From NCBI RefSeq assembly GCF_036971445.1, contig NC_091476.1:29388001-29452000 (forward strand): 64,000 nucleotides of DNA. The letters run 5' to 3'. The DNA is from Narcine bancroftii. Taxonomy: Eukaryota. A program made the translations under genes and the position numbers. Every line of letters starts with the position of its first letter. Within the stretch, counting starts at the first letter, position 1. Below the pieces are notes generated by a model. It was not told the DNA's origin, made no database searches, and worked only from the letters and a program-made list of their open reading frames with translations. This document shows positions 23,185 to 36,199 of the stretch, piece by piece.

Positions 23185-23280
23185 TACTTCTGAAAAAGGA
23201 CTCAGGCCCAAAACATCAACCACCTTTAACTTTATATGGATGCTGTGTGACCTGCTGAATTTTTCCAGCACTTTTGGGTA
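23185..23280 (+). mobile_element. Penelope-like terminal repeat with degenerate hammerhead core
   Basis: CTGAAAAAGGACTCAGGCCCAAAACATCAAC...GATGCTGTGTGACCTGCTGAATTTTTCCAGCA. Confidence 0.6.
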
Positions 23281-23514
23281 GTGGATATTCAAGCTATAAC
23301 AGAAGTAAGTATTCTTCTAACGTTAGGCTCATGGGAATTACCTGTCTTATTGCACTTCTAGGAAATGTGGCATTAATCCCATAGTCTCAATTTAGAAATC
23401 TTGGAGATCAGGTAACAAAAATCCCAGAATCTTTTCCACCCACCTCTGCATTGAAAGATTCCAAAACTCATCTTATCTGTGACCTCGATCTTTCCCTCCA
23501 CTACTGAGAGTCCA

Positions 23515-23797
23515 AAAGTCTGGGTATGCAGATTTAAAATAAGTGGGAGAAGGATCAGTGGAGAATGGGGAAAGATTTTCCCATGCCAAGATGATTAATG
23601 TTTGAATGTTGTTGTGGTAGTGGAAGCCAAAATGATCATCATTTTAAAAAGAAGTGCCTGGATGTGTAGTTGAAGAGTAGAGACATTGAGAGCTCTGGAT
23701 CAAATCCTGGAAAGTGGAGATAGGATGAATGGCTCCTTTTTGGCTGGCCAATGGGCCAAATGGCTACTTTATTGTACATTTTGTATGGTTCTATGAA
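23515..23797 (+). mobile_element. Old CR1 3' end
   Basis: Ends ATGGGCCAAATGGCT...TATGGTTCTATG. Confidence 0.6.
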
Positions 23798-24559
23798 TGC
23801 AGTCCATGTTCCCCTGCAATAACCCATAGTGAAGGATCAAATCTTGCATGATCCTGCTGTGCAAATCCTGTCATGGTCACAGAGGTGATTCATGACCAGA
23901 AATTTTCGGTCTAACTTCTAGACTGGTGAGAATCAGCAGAGAAATGTTTGCAACTACATTAATTATACCTCGATTATGTGGCCCATTTTGTAGGCATACC
24001 TCGAATGCATGTGACAGAGGAAATAATAATGAATATGATCCGATGCAAAGGCTCTAGATGTTTTCTGCGAATAGAAACCATTCTCAATTGCTTTTGTTGT
24101 AGCACTGAACTGATGTCAGCCTTCATGAAAATTGTTGCAACACATCAGAGCTGCAAAAAAAAATTGAATAATGTTTTAATATTTCCTTTGAACAGCATTG
24201 TCTCCAAATGTTTACACTTCACATTTTTGCACACAATAGTGTAGCAACATTTTTTTTGCTGAATATCTTTGTGGACCACTAGTTTATCTGGGGTATCAGG
24301 CAGATTTGTCAATTCAGATTCATTAAAAATTAGGATGAAAGAAATTTAAGAGTATTAAATCTCAGTCCAATAGCTCTCTCGTTCAGATCTTGTTCAAACA
24401 ATTAAATTCAAAGGCACAATGAGACAATCGGTGCCAGATGTTAACTTAATGAATTGACTTTTACAGATGGTCCTCTGAGCATCAGTTCATGGAAAGAGAC
24501 ATTCTTCCTTTAAACTTTTCTTTGAAGAGTTTTCCATTGCGAATAATGTAGTGGAGTTG

Positions 24560-24630
24560 TTCTAGTGAACCGGTGCGGACTTGAAAGGCCGACGTGGCCA
24601 GTTTCCGCTCCGTAAATGGTTATATGGTTA
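24560..24630 (+). mobile_element. Very short CR1 3' end
   Basis: Ends GGTTATATGGTTA, the same tail as the CR1 at 3405. Confidence 0.65.
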
Positions 24631-25344
24631 ATTCACCTGTTACACTCCATCTGCAAAATTATCTTCTGTTTGAAAGAGAGTGTTCTCTGCTTCTAAGCAA
24701 GCACAGATCTAATTAGTTTTGGAGTGCAGGCTAAAGCAGAAATAAGGACAAATCACCTCTTACTGAGGGTGAATAAATCAGGTCAATTTTGTTTATTGGC
24801 CTCTCAGCTGTAGACATGGATTCCCTTTCAGTTACTGATGGCTGTTCCATTCAATTCCTGCCATGACATTGAAACAGGAGTTTGACAAAACCACACGAAA
24901 ATAAATTAGAACCCAAGTCCTGACTCAACCTGCATGCCTTGTGGTTTTAAAAGAGCTGAAATCTGTAACTGTAAGCACTCAGGCAAGGTGGTGACACGTT
25001 AGGATTTGGAGGGGATACCATGTATTGACATGCTGTAATTTCCTTCCTTCTTTCTCAGCCCACAGAGGACATAGAGATATTGGTGAAGTACTGTTTGCCT
25101 ATCACCAGGAGAATGCACATGGGACACTTTGATGTGGAATGGGGTGAACAAAAAAGAGGGTGGACGTTTAGTAAATTCCTTTCCACTTTGCCTTGAAAGA
25201 TTTAGAGAAAATATTCCTTTGGAAAAACTTGCATTGCTAAAATACCACTTTTGATGATTAATCATGCTTTGTTTAATTAAAGTCAATGGATTGTATATTT
25301 GCTCCACATGATGTGACAAGATTTGTTATTGTATGGATTGATTT

Positions 25345-25665
25345 TTAAAAAAAATTTAGACCTACAGTTCAGTAACAGGCCTTTTCAGCCCAAGAGCCCT
25401 CTCTCCCCCCCCTCTCTCCCCCCCTCTCCCCCCCCTCTCTCCCCCCCTCTCTCCCCCCCTCTCTCCCCCCCCCCCCAATTTACACCCAATTAACCTACAA
25501 CCCTGTATGTTTTGGATGGTAGGTGGAAACCGGATCCCCCGGGGAAAACCACGCAGACATGGGGAGAACGTACAAACTCCTTCCAGACAGTGTGGGATTC
25601 AATCCCCAGTCCCAGTTGCTGGTGCTGTAACAGCATTGCACTAACCGCTATGCCAACTGTGCCGA
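25345..25665 (-). mobile_element. V-SINE with internal C/T-rich expansion (25397-25476)
   Basis: GGGAGAACGTACAAACTCC core and GGGATTCAATCCC B-box complement. Homologous to 10160-10430. Confidence 0.8.
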
Positions 25666-26984
25666 TCAATCTTGTATTGATCCATCATAATGTTAAGTGA
25701 TTTCCTTATTCATTGAGGAAAAAAATTATGGTATCCCCAAAAGCACAGTCAAATTTATTACTTATTTACTTCCCAAGTGAAAACAATACTTGGAAATATT
25801 TCAATTTATGGAAACTGACAATCATAAGTCAGATGCAATGTGGATTGATAAAGAACAATGGTTTAGGTTTTGCAATAGGTGCTGAGTGAATGGAGATGAT
25901 TGTATGTTCATCAGATGCACAGTGGGATTCTTTGACATGCATTAGTAACTCTCAGAATAGAAAGCAAAACTGAAGCTTTCAAATAATCTCTCTTGAAAAT
26001 CCTTTCTGAGAAAAGTCCAATGAAAATAAAAATATGAATTGAGCTTCACAAATAAAATGAGAGGAACAAAAGTGGAATGAAGAGAAAGAAAAAGCTGAAA
26101 AAAACCCCCCAGAAAAAGCAGTGAAAATTGTTAACTTTCCAGGTGCATAACTATTTATCCTGCTGGTCTATCTCATCAGCCAAAGGTGAATATAAAACTT
26201 GTTAAACAACCAAACCATGCAAAGTTGGTACATCAAAGGTAGATGTCCAGGAGGTAAAGTATATGGGGAAGCATCATGCCGACCTGTTTAACAGAACAAG
26301 TCATGGTCCATCATTAGTTAAAGATTTCTCTGTAAAATCTCCCAACTGGTTTTCGATATTTCGCTTCTGCAGAAATTTGCCAAGGTAATAAGAATAATAA
26401 CCTCCTTTTCAAGACTGATTTTAATATCCATACCTGCAAGCTGTTCTGCAGCTATTTAGCCCTCAAAGGAGTGTTGCTTGCACAGTTGGTATTCTCAATT
26501 TAAATAATAAATCAAATATTCTTCCCTGGGAACAACATGCTTTGAAGTGGAACATTGCATAAACTTGGCTAGATTTGCATATTGATTTTGTTTTATTTAT
26601 TGCTGTGAAAATGGAAGAATTAACTTTCTTGGCCCAGTGCAGTGCATTTTCACCAAGGAAAAATGCATTGCTAACAATTATTCTGCGTTAATATATACGT
26701 ACCAAATGAGTTATCAGTTTATTGACAAGCCTGAATACTTAACCTTCTTGCATATTGAATCTTAAACTCTTATCACAGATGAAAAGTGTTCCAGTCAGTG
26801 TTATGTTGTTACAAAGTTTTTTTTAACAGAAGGCTCTCTGTACAGCAGAATCACATCTACTCACACAGAAACATACAAACTCACATGGAAACATACAAAT
26901 ATGCTACATATACTTTTTTTTAAAAAAGAAAAGGTATTATGATGTCTACATTTATTCTGAGTAGTGCAGAGAATCTGTAATCTC

Positions 26985-28823
26985 AATCAAGTGCAGATCC
27001 TTCTACCTATCCTAAGAGTTGTCATCTGTGATTCTCAATGGAGTTTACATCCCTCCTGATGCCGATTTCAAGCAATAACTCATGGAGCGGCACGATGTGG
27101 CCAGTAAACAAGGGATGGCCCAGCCCGATGCACCGCATATTTTAGTTGCCGACTTTAACCAAGCCTGTGTCAAGAAAGCCCTGCCTAACTACCACCAGGA
27201 TGTAATCTGCTGTACCAGAGGTCCCAGCACACTTGATCACCACTATATCAAGATAAGGATGGCTTACCATTCTTTCCGAAGTCTGTACTTTGGCAAGTCT
27301 GATCATTTGGTTGAGCTCCTTCTGCCTTCATACAAGACAGAGTTTAAAAAGAGAGGCTCCGAAGGCTAGGACAGCTAGAAAGTGGTCACAGAAGGCTGAA
27401 GAATGGTTACAGGACTTCCTCGAGTCAACGGATTTGGCGGTGTTTAAGGATTCTGCTGAGAATCTGGACAAGTACACAGGAGGCTGTCACAGACTTTATC
27501 AAAACAGCTGTATGAGTGTCCCCATCAAATCATTCAGGGTTTTCCCCAACAAGAACACCTGGATGAACAATGAAATCCAAAACCTGCTGAGAGCCGGATA
27601 ACAGGCATTTAAGTCCAGAGATTCAGATCAGAACAGCAGGAGCAGGTATGACCTGCAGAAGGCTATCTCCTGGCGGTGAAGATTCCAGATGAAAGTAGAA
27701 ACATCAAGGACACCCGGCAGCTGTGGAAGGGCCTAAATGCCATAACCTGTTACAAAACCAAATCCAGTAAAGTAGCTGATGGCAAAGCTTCTCTCCTAAA
27801 GGAACTCAATGCTTTCTATGCCCACTTTGATGACAATAATAGTGAAGAACCACCCCTCCGCACCCCCACATCCCTTAATGATCTGATGCAGTCCATATTT
27901 GATGGCGTGCTGCCTTCAGAAGAGTGAGTCTGAGGAAAGCATCCAGTCCTGATGGAGTAACTAGCCGAGTATTAAAGATCTGTGCTGACCATCTTACCAA
28001 GGTATTCACAGATATCTTCAATATTTCACTCCAGCAGGGCATGGTACCCATCTGTTTCAAACAGGTGTCAATCATACCGGTGCTGAAGAAGAATGCAGTG
28101 ACCTGCCTTAATGACTATTGGCCAGTAGCAGTTACATCATCAGTGATGAAGTGCTTTGAAAGGCTGGTGATGAAACATATCAGCTCCTGTCTGAGTAGTG
28201 AAGGATCCATTCCAGTCTGACTATCACAGAAACAGGTCTATGGCAGATGCCATCTCACTGGTATTACACAAAGCCCTGGAACACCTGGACAGCAAAGGTG
28301 CATACATCAGGATACTCTTTATCAATTACAATTCAGCATTTAACACCATCATTCCCTCAAAACTGATCAGCAAACTCCAAGACATGGGATTAGCACCCCA
28401 CTATATAATTGGATCATAGATTTCCTCACCTCCAGACCGCAATCAGTGAAGATGGGTAAGAACTTCATCAGGACTATTTTCTTAGCCCCCTGTTCTACTC
28501 ACTTTACACGTACGATTGTGTAGCTCGGTATGACAATAACACCATCTACAAATTTGCTGACGATACATTAGTAGGTTGTATAAAGGAAGTGGATGTGTCA
28601 GCATACAGGATGGAGATTGAAAACTTTGTTTTCTCTGTATTGCAGTCAGTTTGTTTATATTCATTATCTGTTTACAGTTCTTTTATTTGTTTACATGTTT
28701 ACGCTGTGTACAGTTTATTCTTGTACTAATTAGGGGTAATTCTGCCATGCCTGCAGGAAAAAGATATCTCAGGGTTGTATGTGATGTTATATATGTACTC
28801 TGACAATAAATCTGAAAGCTGAA
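26985..28823 (+). mobile_element. Rex1/Babar LINE, degenerate, with internal deletions
   Basis: EN motifs VYIPP, DFNQA, TRGPSTLDH, FGKSDH. RT motifs KASSPDG, LNDYWPVAVTSSVMKCFERLV, DPFQ..ADAI, YKFADD. 3' tail AATAAATCTGAA. Confidence 0.9.
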
Positions 28824-30374
28824 TGTGATGTATCTAAGAGATTTGGTGAATTGCTGAAGCATATGTATCTTGTTCATGCAACTCACTTTAAATTCACAGC
28901 AATGTGTGGAAGTCGTACATATAAATCGTAGTAATATACGAAAGTCTGCGGATTGAAGTAAAAATACAATGCTGGAGAAACTCAGCAGGTCAAACGAATC
29001 ATATATAAATCATGTATTTGCATACATTAGAAAATTTTACAACTGATCCCATTTTTATACTTTCAACAGTGTGTTAAAGTACTCTACAAGATGTATTTTT
29101 CATGCAATTACAAACTGGCTTCCTCTAAATGAATAACAAATGTAACTTTGTGGTTGGTTTTCAGGGTGTCTTTTGTTTCCTTGCAGATTTGGCCCTGAAT
29201 CTACTTTTGGACTTTTGGATTTGAACTCGTAGAAGGTTCGGTACTTTATCAGACGTGCTTGAATTTAGGCTTTCGCCTTCTTAAGACTGCACTACCTCCA
29301 AGAAAGATCAAAGAGTTGGCAATCCAAACTTGGATCATCACAAGTAAAGACCGTCTAATCCACATAAGGACTTTAGATTTTATCATCAATATCAACAGAA
29401 TATCTCTCAATTCCTCATATTTCTACGATTTTTCTCCCTCTCAATTTTGTGTGCTCTATTTGCTGGAGGTAAGGACACAAATTTGTTTATCTTGCTTATA
29501 TCTTTTAATTACAGTTTTGATGTGATATTTGAAGCTTATTGCTACTATTCAGCTCCATAAGCCATATATACTTGAGCAAGGCTGAAGTGTGTTTGCAATC
29601 TAATTTTTTGATAAAAATTTGGAAAGGCAAGAAAAGGTTAAGGATGATCTACATGGGTCTGTGCACAAGAATTGTCTCAGGCATTTGATTGAGCTATTTG
29701 AAGATGTAACGAAGAGGATTAATGAGGGCAGGATGGTAGACAGTGTCAATGTGATCTTTAGCTTGGTATGTTAGATCACATTGACACTGTCACTCTGACA
29801 CCTTGATACTTCAGGGTGACACATAAACCATTAGGGAAGATGCGAACAAATAATCAGCCAGCAGAGTGCCTTGGCCATGCTTTGCTCGTAGCAGCAATTT
29901 GAATAAAGTTGCAATGGCATCGTCCAGGATGAAATGCTGTTTGACGCTGCTTGCTGTTGGAGGGACTCTCTTAAAGTGCCTCCTTATCCCTGCATAGAAA
30001 AGCTGGCCCCAGTCAGAGGCTTTATCTGTAAACTTGGGGAGGGGGAATTAATTATCTGTAATGTTATTTTACATCTTTCAGGCAGCTTGTTGGAGAGGGA
30101 GGAACCTACAGATTATTTTTCAAAGAATCTGACTGAAAATAAAAGAAAATACTTCAAGGTTTATATATTTATGCAAGTGAAGTTTTTTGAGTGTAAATGC
30201 AGCATAGTATTTTTGTCTTTTAAACTATTTATTCTTAATACAGGTATATTAGTTAGGCATTGTAAAAGTAAATCTCAAACAACGGGAAAATATACTTCTC
30301 CGGTATCAACCAATCCCTATAGGTGGTAGAAAACTGGGGTTTTACTGTATATAATTCATTGAAAATGATGACAT

Positions 30375-31895
30375 GGGGAAATAGGTGAAGAAGGTGGATG
30401 GTATGTTTGCCTTCATTGCTTGGAGCATTAAATGCAAAATTTGGGATGTTACAAGGCATTGGTGAGACTGCACCTGGAATATTGAGGGCAGTTCAATTTA
30501 CCTCAGTATAGGAAGGATGTATTACATTAGAGAAGGTGCTGAAAAGATTCGTAAATATATTGCTGAGATTGGAAGGTTTGAGACATGAGGAAAGTCTTGA
30601 GAGGTAGGCACTGTTTTCTCAAAAGTAAGACCTGCTGAGAGGGTGATCTTGATGGGTATTTATGTCAATTTTTTTTAACCCTAGGATAAAAAAATCTAAA
30701 ACTACCACATAAAAGGAAAGATTTACAGGTTTTTTAGATAGATAATGTGAATTGTGTGACAGATTATGTTATATTTTATATTGTATGTTTTAAAGGAGAT
30801 AAATTGTGGCAGATTTTTTAGTGTAGGTCACATACAAACACTTCAAATCAGATCACATTTAAAATGCCAGAGCTCTGCTCAATCAAGACAGTCCAGGCTC
30901 CAAGTGCCTTTTTAAAAACTTTGAAGAAGGCCTATAAGAACTTCACAAGTAGGTGTTAATTGGACATGCTGTGGAGTGGTGGATTATTCATTTGGAAAGC
31001 AACAGATGAAGGAACTCAGAAGATTGGGTCCGGTTTCCACAGTCTAGCTGAGTGTGGTTGGCTGTTCTAAGAGGGTCATGTGGTTTTCTCTGAGTGAGAG
31101 AGAAAGAGGGAATTCAGTTCCACAGTTCAGCAGCAGCTGGGACTGGAACAGGACAAGCTGGCAAGCTTGTGGAAAAACCCCATTTGGGAGATGGCTTGTG
31201 AGTTCTTAGTTCAGCCTGGTCAAAGCCCTTGTGGTTCATACAAGAGGAGATGGCTGGCTGCATAATGTTTCACTTGAAATAAGGGAAACAAAAAGGAACT
31301 CTGGTGACTTGAAAGAAAGAGGTTATCATCTGAAAAACCCTGATGGGGCAAGTTTCTTCAGCAAGACACTAAAGTAGCTGATCAGAAGAAATCAGTTGTG
31401 GGTGTCCAACATGCAACAAATCGTTCTCTAAAACCCAACGAGAACTTTCCTGAGCAGTAACCATTTACTTTCAAGCACCAAAGCCTGGTGAAATTCATAA
31501 ATGTTAAATTCTGTGCAGTCTAAGAATTGCCTGCAACCAATGAACTTAGAGGAGTGAGAAGTGAGATTGGACTGTGAATTAAAGAACTTTTCTGAATTTA
31601 AACATTACATACACGTGCACTTAGAATTAGAAGGGGGTTAAGTTAATAGTAATAAGTTAAAGCTTGATCCTGTTTTCATGTTTAAAGATAATTGAAAGCA
31701 ACTTTTGTTTCAGTAATCATTGGTTTTGGTGAATTTCTATTGTTGCTGGGTTTTGGGGTCCTCTGGGCTCATAACAATAGGAAATGTTTTAAAGATATAG
31801 ACCAAACAGAGGAAACTTTGACTTGCCCAGGTAAGTACCTTTGTTGGCATAGACATGTTGGGCTAAGGGGCCTGTTCTGTTGATTTATAATTCCC
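30375..31895 (+). mobile_element. Old CR1 3' fragment split by a solo LTR
   Basis: CR1 RT C-terminus and UTR at 30375-30754 resume at 31777 (…ATGTTGGGCTAAGGGGCCTGTTCTGT). Confidence 0.7.
30755..31776 (+). mobile_element. Solo LTR
   Basis: TGTGA...TAACA termini and 4-bp TSD ATTG/ATAG. 3' part resembles that of the 13897 LTR. Confidence 0.78.
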
Positions 31896-32097
31896 TGATG
31901 GGACCTCAGCAGGTGTACACACAAGGTATTCTATAGAGTTCCTGCAACACTTTCTTTGAGAGCTTAACAAACCAGTGACTTCTTGGCTGCTCAATTTGAA
32001 GACAAATAAATTAAAAGAATGTGTATTCTACTCTGTTACGTTTGTGAACAAAGTAGATAAAAGCTAAGTTTTCGGTGAGCCTTGATGTGCTCTCATA

Positions 32098-32235
32098 GAT
32101 CTCAAGTTAAAGTTCAACTTTATTTATCATCCGTTCTCCAGTCCTTGATGCAAAAACATGCAAACACACAATCAGACATAACACACATGCAGACAAGCCA
32201 TACATATACAGAACAAATATACATAATATCTGGGA
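32098..32235 (-). mobile_element. Rex1/Babar 3' UTR
   Basis: Reverse complement of the Rex 3' end at about 35040-35178. Confidence 0.7.
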
Positions 32236-32249
32236 GAATGACACTTTTT

Positions 32250-33030
32250 TTCCCTTTATTTGCCCCTGTGCTCCACAGTTTTAAATTTGTAATCAAACAA
32301 TTCACATGTAATTAAAGTGCACATTCCTGATTTTATTCAAGGTTATTTGTATATATTTTGGTTTATGTAGAAATTACAGCTCTTTTTATACATAATCCCC
32401 TCATTTCAGGGCACCATAATGTTTGGGACATTTGGCTTCACAGATGTTTGTGAATACTCAGGTATGTTTAATTGCTTTACTGGTGTAGGTGTAAGAGGGC
32501 TAGGCTTGCTTCAAAGCTTTTGATCGCCTTTGGAGTCTTTTCAACATGAGGACCAGAGCTGTGCCATGAAAGTCAATGAGGCCATTATGAGGTTGAAAAA
32601 CAAGAATAAAACTGTAGGAGACATCATCCAAACCTTCTGATTACCAAAATCAACTGTTAGGAACATCATTAAGAAAGAGCACACTGCTGAGCTCAGTAAT
32701 CGCAAAGAGACTGGTATTCCATGGAAGCCCTCCATTGCTGATGACAGAAAAATCTTCAATCAGAAATACTCTTCAGGAGGCAGGTGTGTTATGTCTGCAG
32801 AAGACTTTAGGAAAAGAAATACAGAAGTTACACTGCAAGATGCAAACCACTAGTTAGCCACAGAAAGGATGGCCAGATTACAGTTTGCCAAGAAGTATTT
32901 AAAGGATCCTGCAGAATTCTGGAAAAAGGTCTTGTGGGCAGATGAAACCAAGATGAATCTGTATCAGAATGATGGCAAAGCGAAGTGTGGAGGCGTAAAG
33001 GAACTGCCCAAGAACCAAAGCATACCACCT
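32250..33030 (+). mobile_element. Tc1 transposon fragment with decayed transposase (about 32547-33030)
   Basis: EAIMRLKNKNKTVGDIIQT..LPKSTVRNIIKK (HTH) and RLQFAKKYLKDPAEFWKKVLWADETKMNLYQNDG (first D of DD34E). Confidence 0.85.
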
Positions 33031-33079
33031 TTGCCAAGGTTTGCATTTTGCAGTTCAGCCTTGGTATTTCTGCTCATGG

Positions 33080-33690
33080 ACTTCCACACGGGTGGATAGA
33101 GGGGAGGAAGGGAGACCCCAGTCATCTTCTCTACCTCTCTTATGATCCTGTGGATTGACCTCCGATCTGATGCTCTGCAGCAGCCATACCACACTCGGAT
33201 GCAGCTGGCCGGAATGCTCTTGATAGAGCTTCTATAGAAAGGTTTACATAATGATGGCCAGTAGCCTTGCCCGGTTTGGTTTTCTCAGGAAGAGCAGTCA
33301 CCATTGCATCTTCCTGACAAGTGAAAAACTGTTGAGTGTCCACGAAAGGTCACTTGTTAAGTGGACTCAGAGGAACTTGGTCCTCTCTACTGAGCTATTA
33401 ATGTGTAGTGGAGGATAATCATCCTGGTCCTCCTGAAGTCCACGATCATCTCCTTTGTCTTTTTCAAGATGAGATTCAAGTTGTTATTCCAGCATAATAT
33501 ATCACGAGATGTTCCACCACTTTTCTATATTGCAACTCATCGTTGTTGCTGATGTGGTCAACTACTGTTAGGTCATCTGCAAACCTGAATGCTCTGTTAG
33601 ACCTGGATCTGACATTTTTGGGACAGTAGTGTGAAGAGAAGCAGGCTAAGCCCACAGCTCGATATTCTGCTGCCAACCCGGACAGACTGT
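33080..33690 (-). mobile_element. Rex1/Babar RT C-terminal fragment
   Basis: Minus-strand RFADDLTVVDHISNNDELQYRKVVEHL and WYGCCRASDRRSIHRIIR. Confidence 0.85.
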
Positions 33691-33819
33691 GGCCTTTAAA
33701 CCCACTGATATTAGGTTTATTAGTAGAGCAGAACTCTGTGTGTTTGATTTCATCTTCCTTTAAGGTCCAAGAAATTGCCTTTTATTTCTCACAAAGGTGC
33801 AAATGTGGTGGTTTTGTTG

Positions 33820-35180
33820 CTTCATTGACACTGACCTCCACCATAATGAAATGCTTTGAGCATCTGGTGATGGAACAAAGTGCACCTCCCAGAGACACTG
33901 GATCCATTTCAATTCACCTACAGACAGAACTGTTCCACTGATGATGCTATAGCCTTGTCCCTCAGCTCCGTTCTGTCCCACCCGGAGAATGATGCATCAT
34001 ACACTGCGCTGCTGTTCATTGACTTCAGCTCGGTCATTTCCCAGAGGCTGGTGGAGAAATGGTCCTCGCTGAGACTCAGCTTCCCTCCCTGTAACTGGAT
34101 TTCCTAATGGAAAAACCATAGTCTGTCCAGGTTGGTAGCAGAACATCAATCGCCGTCATGCTGCACCCAGCACACCTCAGGTCTGTGTGCTCAACCCACT
34201 CCTGTTCACATTACTGACCCACGACTGCACTGCCAGCTCCAACTGAGTCATCACATTTGCAGATGACATGATGGTAATTGACCTCATCAGTAACAATGAG
34301 GTGGAACTGACCCACGACTGCACTGCCAGCTCCAACTGAGTCATCACATTTGCAGATGACATGATGGTAATTGACCTCATCAGTAACAATGAGGTGGAAA
34401 ATCTCGTGATATGATGCTAGAATAATGAATCTCAACATAGATAAGATGAAGGAGATGATCATGGACTTCAGGAGGACCAGGATGATCAAACTCCACAAAA
34501 CATTAATAATTCAGCAGAGTAGTCCACCTAACAAGTGACCTATCCTGGACGCTAAACATCTCCTCATTTGTCAGGAAGGCAAAACAGCGACCGCACTTCC
34601 TTGGAAGGCTGTCGCTGGCAAGGCTACTGGCCACCATCCTGTCAACTTTCTGCAAGAGCTCTTTCAAGGGCTGGCTGCATTACATTATGGTATGGTTGCT
34701 ATAGGGCATCAGATCAGAGGTCAATTCACAGGACCATGAGAATGACAGAGAGAATCACTGGGGTCTCCCTTGTCCCCATTTGGTGCAATGTACCAAGATC
34801 ATTGTCTAAGAGAGCTCACAAAATCAAGGAAGACCCTTACACTCCGCACACAGCATCTTTTAGCAACTCCCATCGGGAAAGAAAGAGAGGAGTATCAGAG
34901 CCAGAACCTCCTGGCTGAGAAACAGCTTCTTCCCATGGGCAGTGAGATTGCTGAATGCCTGATGAACTGCTTATACAAACCCTCTTCAGCTATTTATTTA
35001 ACAATAATATTTATTTATTTTAATATTTGTCTCTATCTACTGTGCAGATGTATTGTTTGTCGGTATATGTGTTATGTCATCATGAGTGCTTGCAGTTTGT
35101 TGCACCAAGGACTGGAGAATGCTATTTCATCGGATTGTACTTATACAATCGGATGATAAATAAACTTAAACTTGAACTTT
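33820..35180 (+). mobile_element. Rex1/Babar LINE 3' half
   Basis: LTSTIMKCFEHLV, LDPFQFTYRQN..DDAI, LFIDFSS, TFADD, CITLWYGC. Tail AATAAACTTAAACTTGAACTT. Confidence 0.9.
34213..34398. repeat. Exact 93-bp tandem duplication inside the Rex RT
   Basis: 34213-34305 equals 34306-34398. Confidence 0.95.
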
Positions 35181-36199
35181 GGAAATACTACATTTGCTTA
35201 TCCATGATTTGCAGTCACTATCCAAGACCAGCAAACAAATCTTCCTGCTAGTGTTTTCATGTTGACTATTTTCAGTTATATTTAATGTGAAAATCCTTTC
35301 TCTCAAAAGAATGGCTCTGAGTAGACAATTTCAGTACCTTGTGTTTAACCTGATCAAGTTTGACTGTCTTTTGAATCCTTTTACAATCAAGTCTTGTCAT
35401 GATTTCTGGGAATTATTGGAAAGCACTCTTAAAATAAGGGTCATATTTTCACTCTGATATATTTATACAATTGCCATGGCATAAATAATGTATTTCTAGT
35501 GAGAATTCCTGTGCTTAAATACAGTCATATAGCATCAGATCAGGGGTCAATTCACAGGACCACAAGACTAATTGTAGCAGTCAAAAAGATTGCAAACTTG
35601 ATGCTCCCTGAATAGCCATTTGTGATTAATATCACCAACAGGTATCTGTTATTATGGGAACACTCTGACTTGTAGGAAAATATGGATGAAATTTCCTGAT
35701 TCTTCCTCAAGTTTTCTACAATTGTGTTTGTTGGTTACGAGCATGTGAGAGGGAAAATTTGGGTTGCACTTTCGTAAAACCCACCACGTGGTTTTTCCCC
35801 ACATTCAGAGCACACATGATGCATCACATGCCAACTTCAACTTTCATAAAGTATTGTGATGTATAATAAGAAACATATTTTCCAATCATTCCTTGTATTT
35901 ATGATATGCGCTTTGTTTCACATCCTATATGCCATGGGCACTGTTACAAGAGCTGGAAGGAATTACATAGAATATTCTACTTCCCTTGCAATGACATTTG
36001 TTCTGTTACATTTTTGTGCTTGGGTGCATTGTCCAGGATTCTGAGTTTTCTTTAACTGGCTGTGGCCCCCTGCCATCAACATTCAAACCAAGATATTTGA
36101 TTTTTTTGCTGAAAAGATAACGCATTTAATTTTCTTTGGTCATTATGTTCATGTACTTCTTGAATACTTAACCAGAATATAATTTTCCTCTGCGCTCAT

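Noticed and set aside
35471-35795. Palindromes TGCCATGGCA and CCACGTGG as RFX or E-box sites
   Set aside because: Isolated short motifs are expected by chance in 64 kb.
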